Positions 1 through 8,694 of a stretch of DNA of 20,000 bases are shown piece by piece (the stretch's first letter is position 1; every line of letters starts with the position of its first letter). Both the position numbers and the translations under genes were made by a program. The stretch lies in IMG/VR virus record IMGVR_UViG_3300008120_000033; one strand, 5' to 3'. Source of the DNA: an uncultured virus (IMG/VR IMGVR_UViG_3300008120_000033) (Duplodnaviria; Heunggongvirae; Uroviricota; Caudoviricetes). Below the pieces are notes generated by a model. That model was not told where the DNA came from. It was given only the letters and a program-made list of their open reading frames with translations, and searched no databases.

Positions 1-1002
1 CGTATTAATTGTTATTGTTGCTATTCCGGAAGAATCGGTTGTTGCTGTAAATGTTTGACCAGCATCTGGTCCACCGGTAACTGTGATGCTTACAGAGACG
101 CCAGTCTGTGGCACACCAGCAAGCGTCTGGGCCGTGGCGGTAATCGTTAAAGGTGTTCCGGCGGCTGGATTATCTGGACTAATAGACAAGGTGAATGAGC
201 TTGGTAGTGAAACTTCTCCACCACCAACGGAAACAGCAACACGTGGTGAGGTTGGGCCTGGATATGGGTAGTCAACCAGGGTCTTTAGTGTCCCAAGATT
301 TCCAGTGAAATACCCATGCCAGCAGGCTGCAACAATTGAGTTAGTTAGGCCGAAGTCCGTGTTTCCATCAGCCGTCGCCTCTGGACCACCATTGCATCCT
401 CCGTCATTGAATACAGCACCAGGAAGAAGGGCGGTAAGCCAACCATATGGATTGTAATTTGCAAACAATCCGCCACCAGAATTAACGAAGTCAGCTATTT
501 TCTCTGCATTGGCGGTGAATATTGAGCTGACTGCACCAGAGCGACTCCAATCATCAGGAATCCATAGCATTTTTGGCGGAGCAGAGGAGATGGTGGTTGA
601 AAAGAAGGTCTCTAACTCTGCAGCCGTCGTAATAAACTCATAAACTGGAGCTGTAGAAAATTCAGAAGAAAAATCACCGCTTAAGAAGGTGTTCCAGTTT
701 CCTCCACACCCACCCGCACTTAATGGGTTAGAGATTCCAAGAATTGCAATCTTCCCGGTGTTTGACGGCATTATTGACTGGTCATAAACACTTTTCAGGA
801 CCTTGGCAATGTATTGGTCGGTATTTTCGTTATATGACGCGTGACAAACGGGGTCCATTCCATCAAGAACAATAGGCCCACCACTGCTAGCACTTGCATA
901 AACTGTTGATTTTGGAGCTGATTGGGTTAACCCAACAGCTGCCGTAAGAAGAAGGACGATAGCTAGCGCAGCACTTTTGAGGTTACGTGATTTAAGGAGC
1001 AT
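1..1002 (-). CDS. Secreted/surface protein with signal peptide and bacterial Ig-like (Big_1-type) segment; 3' end runs off the window
   Basis: Not in the ORF track (no stop in window). Manual translation from ATG 1002 is open for 334 codons: MLLKSRNLKSAALAIVLLLTAAVGLTQSAPK (signal peptide-like) ... FTLSISPDNPAAGTPLTITATAQTLAGVPQTGVSVSITVTGGPDAGQTFTATTDSSGIATITINT (Ig-like beta-rich). Confidence 0.8.
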   Translation of the reverse strand, partial: MLLKSRNLKSAALAIVLLLTAAVGLTQSAPKSTVYASASSGGPIVLDGMDPVCHASYNENTDQYIAKVLKSVYDQSIMPSNTGKIAILGISNPLSAGGCGGNWNTFLSGDFSSEFSTAPVYEFITTAAELETFFSTTISSAPPKMLWIPDDWSRSGAVSSIFTANAEKIADFVNSGGGLFANYNPYGWLTALLPGAVFNDGGCNGGPEATADGNTDFGLTNSIVAACWHGYFTGNLGTLKTLVDYPYPGPTSPRVAVSVGGGEVSLPSSFTLSISPDNPAAGTPLTITATAQTLAGVPQTGVSVSITVTGGPDAGQTFTATTDSSGIATITINT

Positions 1003-1107
1003 AATATCCAATTCTGTTCTAGTAACAACGAACAATTAATAATAACATTCTGAAAATAATCACGGCGGTAGCCGCTCAGCACAACAACGCGTATACTGCT
1101 GACAAAG

Positions 1108-1184
1108 CCGAACGTAGCGCAGCTTGGTAGCGCACCTGCTTTGGGAGCAGGGGGTCGCAGGTTCAAATCCTGCCGTTCGGACCA
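1108..1184 (+). tRNA. tRNA-Pro(TGG)
   Basis: Acceptor CCGAACG/CGTTCGG, anticodon arm CCTGC-TTTGGGA-GCAGG, T-arm GCAGG-TTCAAAT-CCTGC, encoded CCA. Upstream -10-like TATACT at 1092-1097. Confidence 0.97.
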
Positions 1185-1185
1185 C

Positions 1186-1260
1186 TGGGAAATGGTGTAA
1201 TTGGCAACACAACTGGTTCTGGTCCAGTTATTCAGGGTTCGAGTCCTTGTTTCCCAACCA
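1186..1260 (+). tRNA. tRNA-Gln(CTG)
   Basis: Acceptor TGGGAAA/TTTCCCA, anticodon arm ACTGG-TTCTGGT-CCAGT, T-loop TTCGAGT, encoded CCA; 1 nt after tRNA-Pro. Confidence 0.96.
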
Positions 1261-1274
1261 AACAGAGGAGACAT

Positions 1275-1385
1275 GTGCTTAAGTACCTAATAGGATGGTC
1301 GATAGGAATTATTAATTTAGTTGTGACTATTTTTTTAGAAGTTAGACGCAACAAAAAAGAACAGGAAAAAATGGATGCAGGATGA
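1275..1385 (+). CDS. Small single-TM hypothetical protein (36 aa)
   Basis: GAGGAG then GTG: (M)LKYLIGWSIGIINLVVTIFLEVRRNKKEQEKMDAG; overlaps the next gene. Confidence 0.5.
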   Translation: MLKYLIGWSIGIINLVVTIFLEVRRNKKEQEKMDAG

Positions 1386-1572
1386 CATTGTGACCCGACT
1401 ACGAGATTTACGGGAAGTGTTGATGGGTAACCCGATTATGGCTCGTGAAGTTCAAGAGGCTATGGATGAGATTGAACGCCTACGGGAGCAAATCAAGGCA
1501 CTTGTTCACGAATGGGAACTATCGGAGCGTGGCGTACACTGCGAACACAAGGAGGTGTGTGATGAGATATAA
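1375..1572 (+). CDS. Small phage protein, DIVTRLR...EIERLR family copy 1
   Basis: MQDDIVTRLR...EAMDEIERLR; shares DNA boxes with three downstream paralogs. Confidence 0.8.
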   Translation: MQDDIVTRLRDLREVLMGNPIMAREVQEAMDEIERLREQIKALVHEWELSERGVHCEHKEVCDEI

Positions 1573-1843
1573 ATTCAACCCCGAAGCCCGTAACCGTTAC
1601 GAGTATTACAGAGAGCATTTATTTCGCCAGTATCTTGCTCCAGCCATAGAGCGCAACGAACGGATGCGTAAAAACGGCGTTCATGCGCTTCTTATCCCAT
1701 CTATGAATGGTGCTATCTGGACTTCTGAAACTAGAGCCAAGAAAGAAGCCAAAAAGATGGTCAAATGGGACAAGCGTATGGCTAGGCTAAATAAAATCCC
1801 ACTCTCCCAGATTCCTAGAACAGAATGGGCGCAGAATCCATGA
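1562..1843 (+). CDS. Basic hypothetical protein (93 aa)
   Basis: AGGAGG at 1550-1555 before ATG 1562 (MRYKFNPEARNRY...); stop overlaps the next start (ATGA). Confidence 0.7.
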   Translation: MRYKFNPEARNRYEYYREHLFRQYLAPAIERNERMRKNGVHALLIPSMNGAIWTSETRAKKEAKKMVKWDKRMARLNKIPLSQIPRTEWAQNP

Positions 1844-2067
1844 GCCATGACATTGTGACCCGACTACGGGCAAGCATTGACGGCGATTACTTCGGAAGTC
1901 GTGAGGACATGAAAGAAGCCGTTGCCGAGATTGAACAATTACGCTTAGAGCGTGATAAGTGGTTTCACTTAGCGAGGCGTTTATATAACCAGTACGGTAA
2001 GCGAGGAAGTGAAGTTTTAGCAGAGGCTTACCTGCTCAACGATTACGAACAGGCGGTGAAATTTTAA
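1840..2067 (+). CDS. DIVTRLR family copy 2
   Basis: MSHDIVTRLR...EAVAEIEQLR; ATGA overlap with the upstream stop. Confidence 0.8.
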   Translation: MSHDIVTRLRASIDGDYFGSREDMKEAVAEIEQLRLERDKWFHLARRLYNQYGKRGSEVLAEAYLLNDYEQAVKF

Positions 2068-2513
2068 TGACCGATGACATTGTGACCCGACTACGGCAGG
2101 AATGGGAGTACGGTAATAATGCCAAAGGGTGCGACTATGAAATGTTCGCTCAAGCCGCTGATGAGATTGAACGACTACGCGTAGTGAATCAAATGCTGAA
2201 CGAGGCTCTCTCGAATAAAGGAATCAAGCAAGTCGCCAAAGTCGTTTCAACAACTGGTTCGTGTGACGAATGGATGTTGCCAATTTTTGCAAAAGACAAC
2301 CGCCATCTCTGCGATGGTTGTGGCGGCGAGAAATACCATCACTCCTACGAATGGGTACCTGCCATAACTCCATTTGGGGGTTCTTACAAGCCGTGGTCAC
2401 TGGAACAAATTCATAAATGGCGTGAGGATGATTTGATTACTAATGAGAGATATCACTTCTTGGTATCTGTGACGAAAGATTTTGACAAGCCAAAGGCGGT
2501 GCGTGGTGCCTGA
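2067..2513 (+). CDS. DIVTRLR family copy 3 with C-terminal extension containing CxxC
   Basis: MTDDIVTRLR...QAADEIERLR...HLCDGCGG; TAATG coupling. Confidence 0.8.
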   Translation: MTDDIVTRLRQEWEYGNNAKGCDYEMFAQAADEIERLRVVNQMLNEALSNKGIKQVAKVVSTTGSCDEWMLPIFAKDNRHLCDGCGGEKYHHSYEWVPAITPFGGSYKPWSLEQIHKWREDDLITNERYHFLVSVTKDFDKPKAVRGA

Positions 2514-2682
2514 TGACATTGTGACCCGACTACGGAACATCGCTGCCTTGCGTGGGAACTTGGGTGGGAATATTATTCCATTCGCCTGCGTTGAAGCCGC
2601 CGATGAGATTGAACGCCTACGGACAGAGCTGGTGCAGGCCAATAATCAAATAAGGCTACTAATCGCAATAGAAACCGCATGA
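2506..2682 (+). CDS. DIVTRLR family copy 4
   Basis: GTG start after AAGGCGGTG: (M)PDDIVTRLR...EAADEIERLR. Confidence 0.75.
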   Translation: MPDDIVTRLRNIAALRGNLGGNIIPFACVEAADEIERLRTELVQANNQIRLLIAIETA

Positions 2683-3137
2683 CCAATAATACAATTCTTC
2701 CACACGAACAAAAGTGGATGAGGGTTCTCGATGGAGCTGCCAAAGAGTTTTCTACCTGTGCCAAAAGGCAATATGCCGCCGTCGTGGTCGCTCCAAATAA
2801 GCGCGTTGTTGGCTTTGGCTACAATGGTTCGCCGCCGGGAGTGGCCCACTGCAACGAAGGCGCCTGTCCACGTCTCCACGAGGACTCTGCTTCCGGTTCG
2901 GCTTACGATAACTGCATTTCCCAGCACGCCGAAGCCGGGGCCCTTCTGTGGTCCGACCCAGGCCTAAGACTGGGTTCAACCCTGATAATCAACGGCTCAC
3001 CTTGTATGGGCTGTGCAAAATTAATCGCTTCTTCGGGGGTTAAAAGGGTTGTATACAGGCTTGACCCGTCATACAATCAGCTCCCTGTGGTATTAAATCT
3101 ACTGAATGAAGCCGGAATAGAGTACGTTTCTGCATAA
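2679..3137 (+). CDS. dCMP deaminase (ComEB-like zinc-dependent deaminase)
   Basis: STC.KR, GYNG, HAE and PCMGC motifs of the dCMP deaminase family. Confidence 0.92.
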   Translation: MTNNTILPHEQKWMRVLDGAAKEFSTCAKRQYAAVVVAPNKRVVGFGYNGSPPGVAHCNEGACPRLHEDSASGSAYDNCISQHAEAGALLWSDPGLRLGSTLIINGSPCMGCAKLIASSGVKRVVYRLDPSYNQLPVVLNLLNEAGIEYVSA

Positions 3138-3142
3138 AACTG

Positions 3143-3215
3143 GCCCCTATAGCTCAGTTGGTAGAGCAGCGGACTTTTAATCCGTGGGTCGCAGGTTCGA
3201 GCCCTGCTGGGGGTA
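3143..3215 (+). tRNA. tRNA-Lys(TTT), CCA not fully encoded
   Basis: Acceptor GCCCCTA/TGGGGGT, D-arm GCTC-AGTTGGTA-GAGC, anticodon loop CTTTTAA, T-loop TTCGAGC; followed by CCG. Confidence 0.95.
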
Positions 3216-3285
3216 CCGTGACGGTTGCAATACTTGGCACATTGTGATAGACACTAAACACAACAATTATCCCAGGAGGGGTACC

Positions 3286-3672
3286 GTGAAAAAGATGGCA
3301 ACATCACTTCTTATTGGACTTGGCGTTCTTGCGCTCTCTGCCTGCACGGTGGAGGTGAAAGAGGACTCTGGTAGTAGCCAGCGCCCAACCGCTACCACGG
3401 CATACATTCCGCCGTCACAATCAATTGACGACCTTTACCTTGAGGTTATTTATGACGAGTACCCGTTCCTGTATTCACAGATGGGTGATTCCGCTCTTCT
3501 TCAGTTCGGAAGACTTGCATGCGATTCAATTGACGAAGGCATGACGCTTGCTGAGCTCGCAATGATGGCAGTAGATGCTTACGCAGACCCAGAAATGGTT
3601 GGATTCATTGTCGGGGCGGCAGTGTATGCGTACTGTCCAGAAAACGAGTGGTTCCTTCGTAGCGGAGTCTGA
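3286..3672 (+). CDS. DUF732-like lipoprotein
   Basis: AGGAGG RBS at 3274-3279, GTG 3286. Lipobox LSAC, Thr/Pro linker, and G..AC..I..G...AA..AYCP pattern typical of actinobacterial DUF732. Confidence 0.8.
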   Translation: MKKMATSLLIGLGVLALSACTVEVKEDSGSSQRPTATTAYIPPSQSIDDLYLEVIYDEYPFLYSQMGDSALLQFGRLACDSIDEGMTLAELAMMAVDAYADPEMVGFIVGAAVYAYCPENEWFLRSGV

Positions 3673-3677
3673 TTCAA

Positions 3678-4358
3678 ATGTCCTCTGAGGCTTTTGGGTT
3701 TGTGCGCCTAGATGGCCACATGGCAGACGATATGTCTGTTGTTAACTCGGCCAGGGTTTCTTTCGCGCGAAATTCTGAAATACATGGCGGAATGACTGGC
3801 AAGGACAAGGGGCTTATCGGGTTTCTCATGCGTGAACGCCATGGGACCCCTTTTGAGCACAACTCATTTCGATTCCATATTAAGTGCCCAATGTTTGTGG
3901 CAAGAGAGTGGTTCAGGCATCGCATTGGCTCATTCAACGAGTTCAGTGCCAGATACTCGGAGGTGCCAAACGATTTCTGGGTACCAGATGAATCATCCAT
4001 AAGGACGCAGGTTGGCAAACCGGGGGCCTACACGTTTGAGCAGGTAGACCAGGTAGTCGCAGAACAGGCTGTTGAAATAATCGCCGGCATGAATCAGGCT
4101 GCATACAACTCTTATGCACTGCTTCTTGAGCTTGGCGTGGCGAAGGAAATTGCTCGTAGTGTTTTGCCAGTATCCATGTACACGCAGTTCTACTGGACAG
4201 TAAATGCCCGCTCTTTAATGAACTTTCTTTCTTTGAGACTTGATGAAAATGCCCAGGCGGAAATACGCGAATACGCCAAAGAGGTGGAGAAATACTTCGC
4301 TGAGACCATGCCTATCACCTATCAAGCATGGGTCGATAACAGCAGGGTAGCTCCTTAA
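3678..4358 (+). CDS. thyX: FAD-dependent thymidylate synthase
   Basis: HGTPFEH, REWFRHRIGSFNEFSARY signature, E.AR..LP, and NARSL.NF..LR...AQ.EIR. Confidence 0.97.
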   Translation: MSSEAFGFVRLDGHMADDMSVVNSARVSFARNSEIHGGMTGKDKGLIGFLMRERHGTPFEHNSFRFHIKCPMFVAREWFRHRIGSFNEFSARYSEVPNDFWVPDESSIRTQVGKPGAYTFEQVDQVVAEQAVEIIAGMNQAAYNSYALLLELGVAKEIARSVLPVSMYTQFYWTVNARSLMNFLSLRLDENAQAEIREYAKEVEKYFAETMPITYQAWVDNSRVAP

Positions 4359-4376
4359 TCGACTAGGCTTATAAAC

Positions 4377-5441
4377 ATGAAGGGCCTAATTCTTGCTGGT
4401 GGTCATGGAACCAGACTGCGACCAATAACGCACACACGAGCGAAGCAACTCGTTCCAATAGCTAATAAGCCAATAATCCACTACGCCATTGAATCAATGG
4501 TTCGGGCCGGCATAAAAGAAATCGGCGTAATTATTGGCAAGAACGGTGCCGATGTGATTGAGTCACTTCGTAACGGTGAACAATTTGGTGCCGAAATAAC
4601 TTACATGAAGCAATCAATACCAAGAGGTCTTGCTGATTGTGTTTCAATAGCTCGTGATTTTCTCGGTGAAGAAAACTTCATCATGTACCTAGGCGACAAC
4701 ATGATTGAGATGGAGTTGTCAACTTTCACGGAAACATGGATATCAGAGGGGGCAAAGATACTTCTCTGCCAAGTTGATAATCCAAAGAGCTTCGGTGTTG
4801 CCCAGTTTGATGACTCTGGAAAAATTGTTCGCCTTGTAGAAAAACCGGAATATCCACCATCGGACATGGCTCTTGTCGGCGTATACATGTTTACCCCAGA
4901 TATTCACGAAGCGGTTGCATCAATTAAGCCATCAGCGCGCGGAGAACTTGAGATTACCGATGCGATTCAGTGGTTGCTTGATTCGGGTAAGCCAGTATTT
5001 CACGAGACACTCTCTGGGTGGTGGATTGATACTGGCAAGAAAGACTCCCTACTTGAATGCAACCGTCTTGTTCTTGACACAATTGAGCGACACATAGATG
5101 GCGATATTGATTTGATGACAGTGCTTGAGGGGCGCATATCCATTCCGGATGGCGTAACGATTGTCAACTCCAGAATTTCAGGACCGGTAATTATTGGTTC
5201 TGGAACGGAAATACGCGACTCTTATATTGGTCCATATACGGCAATCGGCTCAAACTGTGAAATCATCAATTCAGAGATTGAAAACTCAGTAGTGATGGAC
5301 GGAAGCGAAGTAAGAGAAATAAGAAGAATGACTGATTCCCTTATTGGTATGAACGCAAGACTTATGCCATCACCAACAAAGCCAAAATCAACACGAATGA
5401 TGATTGGTGACGACTGCGTAGTGGAGGTAGCAGACCAATGA
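4377..5441 (+). CDS. rfbA: Glucose-1-phosphate thymidylyltransferase, long form with C-terminal left-handed beta-helix
   Basis: GLILAGGHGTRLRPIT, KQL.P, LGDN, VEKP, SARGELEITD, W.DTG; hexapeptide-like tail. Confidence 0.95.
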   Translation: MKGLILAGGHGTRLRPITHTRAKQLVPIANKPIIHYAIESMVRAGIKEIGVIIGKNGADVIESLRNGEQFGAEITYMKQSIPRGLADCVSIARDFLGEENFIMYLGDNMIEMELSTFTETWISEGAKILLCQVDNPKSFGVAQFDDSGKIVRLVEKPEYPPSDMALVGVYMFTPDIHEAVASIKPSARGELEITDAIQWLLDSGKPVFHETLSGWWIDTGKKDSLLECNRLVLDTIERHIDGDIDLMTVLEGRISIPDGVTIVNSRISGPVIIGSGTEIRDSYIGPYTAIGSNCEIINSEIENSVVMDGSEVREIRRMTDSLIGMNARLMPSPTKPKSTRMMIGDDCVVEVADQ

Positions 5442-6004
5442 TGAGAGTAGATTCAGAAATAATCAATGGTGTATCAATCATTATCCCGGATGTATTCCAG
5501 GACGAAAGAGGATGCTTCATAGAGACATATAGAAGAGAATGGTTTCCTAATTCCCGCGAAATGATTCAAGGAAATCGCGCAGACAGGGCATATGGTTCTG
5601 TCGTTGGTCTTCATTATCACCTTCACCAAGCAGATTACTGGTATGTGCCTTTTGGTTCTTGCCGAATAGTGCTTCACGACCTACGCGTAGGGTCATCGAC
5701 AAAAGGCAGAACGCTTATTATGGATGTTGGCGCACCAATCGATGGACCCGGACTTCATAACCACAGTGGCGTGTACATCCCACCAGGTGTTGCTCATGGA
5801 TTTTCTGCCCTTACAGATATGACAATCACGTACATGGTTGATGGTTACTACAACAAGCACGATGAACTTGGTGTTGCTTGGGATGACCCAGCGATAAACG
5901 CTCAATGGGGTGTTAAGTATCCGATTCTTTCTAAAAGGGATATGAACAATCCTCGTATTGACGAAATTCCCGAGCGTTTAATGCCGCATTTCGGTTTGCG
6001 CTGA
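5438..6004 (+). CDS. rfbC: dTDP-4-dehydrorhamnose 3,5-epimerase
   Basis: F.DERG.F.E, GLHYH, DLRVGSST, YIPPGVAHGF, WDDP, P.LS.RD. Confidence 0.95.
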   Translation: MMRVDSEIINGVSIIIPDVFQDERGCFIETYRREWFPNSREMIQGNRADRAYGSVVGLHYHLHQADYWYVPFGSCRIVLHDLRVGSSTKGRTLIMDVGAPIDGPGLHNHSGVYIPPGVAHGFSALTDMTITYMVDGYYNKHDELGVAWDDPAINAQWGVKYPILSKRDMNNPRIDEIPERLMPHFGLR

Positions 6005-6005
6005 A

Positions 6006-6974
6006 ATGAAACAACTAGTAACCGGCGGAGCTGGCTTTATTGGCTCAAGCTACGCACGCCATGTGTTAAAAAATACAGACGATGAAGTTGTCGTATACGA
6101 CGCGCTCACCTATGCCGGAAACATGTCTACAATGATTGACCTAAGGGATGATAAGAGGTTTTCCTTCGTCCATGGAAACATATGCGACCCATCATCACTA
6201 TGGGAAGCAATGAAGCAGTGTGATGTTGTTGTTCATTTTGCAGCAGAAAGCCATGTTGATAGGTCAATAAGTGGCTCTGATGATTTCATACTTACCAATT
6301 GTTTTGGAACAAACGTAGTGATGAATACGGCACTTGCTGTTGGTATCGAAAAAGTTATCCATATAGGTACAGACGAGGTTTATGGCTCAGTAGATGTCGG
6401 TTCATCGCTGGAGTCGGACCCACTTGAGCCACGGTCTCCATACTCAGCATCAAAAGCCGGTTCTGACCTCATAGCTCTTTCATATCACCACACACACGGG
6501 CTTCCGGTAACAGTCACTCGGTGTACGAACAATTTTGGACCGTTTCAATATCCAGAAAAAGCAATACCGCTATTTGTGACCAACCTGCTAGAAGGAAAAA
6601 ACATTCCACTATATGGGGACGGGCTAAACGAGAGAGACTGGCTATTTGTAGACGACCATTGCTCTGGAATTCTTCTAGTGCTAAACAAGGGTCTAGATGG
6701 AGAGATTTATAACATTGGCGCCGGAAACGAAACGCCAAACATCGAACTAGTGATGAAAATACTTGAGCTAACGGATTTTGGTGAAGACAAAATTTCATAT
6801 GTCGAAGACAGAAAGGGTCATGACCGAAGATACTCCGTCGACATTCAAAAAATTTCCGACCTTGGCTGGAGGCGTTCTCGTTCGCTAGATGAAGCTCTTG
6901 CCGAAACAGTTGGGTGGTATATAAATAACAAGTGGTGGTGGGAGCCACTCAAGAAAAAAGAAGGAATAAAGTGA
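6006..6974 (+). CDS. rfbB: dTDP-glucose 4,6-dehydratase
   Basis: GGAGFIGS, DALTYAGN, HFAAESHVDRSI, TDEVYG, YSASK, DRKGHDRRY. Confidence 0.97.
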   Translation: MKQLVTGGAGFIGSSYARHVLKNTDDEVVVYDALTYAGNMSTMIDLRDDKRFSFVHGNICDPSSLWEAMKQCDVVVHFAAESHVDRSISGSDDFILTNCFGTNVVMNTALAVGIEKVIHIGTDEVYGSVDVGSSLESDPLEPRSPYSASKAGSDLIALSYHHTHGLPVTVTRCTNNFGPFQYPEKAIPLFVTNLLEGKNIPLYGDGLNERDWLFVDDHCSGILLVLNKGLDGEIYNIGAGNETPNIELVMKILELTDFGEDKISYVEDRKGHDRRYSVDIQKISDLGWRRSRSLDEALAETVGWYINNKWWWEPLKKKEGIK

Positions 6975-7831
6975 GAGTTCTTGTAACTGGCGCTAATGGT
7001 CAGCTCGGCAGTGAAGTTGTTGCCGAGTGTCTCGCTAATGGTGACGAAGTTATCCCAATGACGAGAGAAGATGCCGACCTAGCAGACTTGCTAGCTGTGG
7101 GTAAATTTATCCAGGAACTTAGACCGACTCATATTATTCACTGTGCAGCAATGACCGGTGTCGATAAGTGTGAAACATACTCAAGGGAAGCAGTGAGAAT
7201 AAACACTCTTGCCACTGACATGATTGTTAGAACGGCCTATGAAATAGGGGCTCACGTCACATACATCTCAACAGACTACGTATTTAGTGGTAGACAAGAT
7301 GAACCATACGTCGAGAGCGACAGTCAATTCCCAATAAACAAGTACGGTATAACCAAGAAAAACGGAGAGCTTGTTCTTCGCCCAACAGATGCAATCGTTC
7401 GAGTCTCATGGTTATTTGGCCCAAATGGAAATAACATCGTAAAGACTGTTCTAAATCTCTGCAAAACCCAGGACGAGCTTAGATTCGTGGATGACCAAAT
7501 AGGCAATCCCACGTATGCGCCAGATGCCGCACGAGTTATTTCGAAAATATCCCGCAATAACATGGTGGGGATTTTTCACGTAACAAATGAAGGCTCAGTG
7601 TCGTGGTACGAATTTGTACGCGACCTACTCGATATTGCTGAAGTAAAGCATGTTGTTCTCAAGCCCGTCTCGAGCGTCGACATGCGTGTGTCTGGCTCAG
7701 CACTAAGACCGAAGAATTCAGTGCTCGCCAATACGAGACTTACTCCCGAAGCTGGATTTGAGCCGATGCCCCACTACAGGAACGCCCTCCAGAGAATGGT
7801 CGACGAACTTGCTGCTAGAGGAAGTATCTAG
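6971..7831 (+). CDS. rfbD: dTDP-4-dehydrorhamnose reductase
   Basis: GTGA overlap start: (M)RVLVTGANGQLG; ISTDYVF.G, YGITK, DQ.G.PT, RP.NS.L. Confidence 0.95.
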   Translation: MRVLVTGANGQLGSEVVAECLANGDEVIPMTREDADLADLLAVGKFIQELRPTHIIHCAAMTGVDKCETYSREAVRINTLATDMIVRTAYEIGAHVTYISTDYVFSGRQDEPYVESDSQFPINKYGITKKNGELVLRPTDAIVRVSWLFGPNGNNIVKTVLNLCKTQDELRFVDDQIGNPTYAPDAARVISKISRNNMVGIFHVTNEGSVSWYEFVRDLLDIAEVKHVVLKPVSSVDMRVSGSALRPKNSVLANTRLTPEAGFEPMPHYRNALQRMVDELAARGSI

Positions 7832-8694
7832 TTAGAGAACCAGACCAGGTTTTCTGCAGCCATTAAGACCTTTGCAACAATATCCTGCTGAGTTAACGGC
7901 TTCTCCGGAACACCAGCTTTCGTAAGTCCCCAGTAATTTAGGCCCTCGATGTGCTTCTTCCTAGTTGCATCATCATAAACGCCAGTTGGGGTCTTCATAC
8001 CCATAAGCACCTGAAGGTCTAGAACAGCAACTGACTTCTCGCCCCACTCGTACTTAATAAGCATCAACTTATCTGGGTCGTCGTAATGGAATAGCTGTTT
8101 TGGCTTTCCTCCAGCACAAGGCAGTGCGCCCCAGCCGCCAAAGCCAACTGGTTCTTTCTTGTAGTGATAAATCTGTGGGACACCATGGCGCTCGGCAAAT
8201 TCCCGCCCACGGTCAACTACTACTTCCCAACCCCAAAGAGCAATGCGATTCCCTACAAGAATCTGCTGCTCCTTTGTGGCTTCCTGTGGAGTGGGGGCAA
8301 ATTCCTCACCACCCCAGCGCTCCCATGTGCCCATCTGGCCCTGTCCAAGGACACCCTTAGCAAATGTGCCGGTATTCATGATTCCGACACCACCACTAAA
8401 GCGTCCACCGTTCTGCCAATTGCTGCCAGTCTCGCAGCGGGCCAGCTCGTCCCAGAACTCGATTCTGGGCTTTGGCCTGTCCGTCTTTGTTAGCTGATTG
8501 CGGTCGTAAAGACCTGCTTCCAGAGCCGGGGACTCGGGCTCCTCTTTCGGAACCTCGGCTTTTTTAACCATCTCAGTATTGCTATTCACCCCCTCATTCT
8601 TTGCTTCCGTTTCTGTCTGTGGCCAGAAGGACCAGCCGACCAGCAACGGAATAAGGGCATATATGGCAATGGAATAGAGACGGTTAGTCTGCAT
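7828..8694 (-). CDS. Resuscitation-promoting-factor (Rpf)-like lytic transglycosylase with N-terminal anchor and probable C-terminal peptidoglycan-binding domain
   Basis: WDELARCETGSNW..GG, TW..WGG..FAP.P..AT.EQQI.V..R, GW..C match the Rpf core with catalytic Glu. C-terminal GEKSVAVLDLQ..MG...TGVYDDAT resembles PG_binding_1. Confidence 0.85.
   Translation of the reverse strand: MQTNRLYSIAIYALIPLLVGWSFWPQTETEAKNEGVNSNTEMVKKAEVPKEEPESPALEAGLYDRNQLTKTDRPKPRIEFWDELARCETGSNWQNGGRFSGGVGIMNTGTFAKGVLGQGQMGTWERWGGEEFAPTPQEATKEQQILVGNRIALWGWEVVVDRGREFAERHGVPQIYHYKKEPVGFGGWGALPCAGGKPKQLFHYDDPDKLMLIKYEWGEKSVAVLDLQVLMGMKTPTGVYDDATRKKHIEGLNYWGLTKAGVPEKPLTQQDIVAKVLMAAENLVWFSN

Larger units (their letters stand above)
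1382..2622 (+). repeat. Dispersed paired repeats: box A ATGACATTGTGACCCGACTACG x4, box B G(AT/CC)GAGATTGAAC-nnn-TACG x4
   Basis: Box A identical at 1382-1403, 1847-1868, 2074-2095, 2513-2534. Box B at 1465-1485, 1924-1944, 2160-2180, 2602-2622; copies 1 and 4 identical over 21 nt. Confidence 0.95.

Noticed and set aside
963..1274. 103-aa minus-strand ORF, and the long N-terminus of ORF 3184
   Set aside because: They overlap tRNA genes and are shadow translations.
1382..2534. CRISPR array interpretation of the 22-nt repeats
   Set aside because: Spacing is 227-465 nt and irregular, the repeats are in-frame coding, and no cas genes are present.
1375..2682. Diversity-generating retroelement
   Set aside because: No reverse transcriptase, and no TR/VR pair differing only at adenines.
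3674..8497. Antisense and alternate-frame ORFs within thyX, rfb and the Rpf-like gene
   Set aside because: Shadows of well-supported genes with no recognisable motifs.
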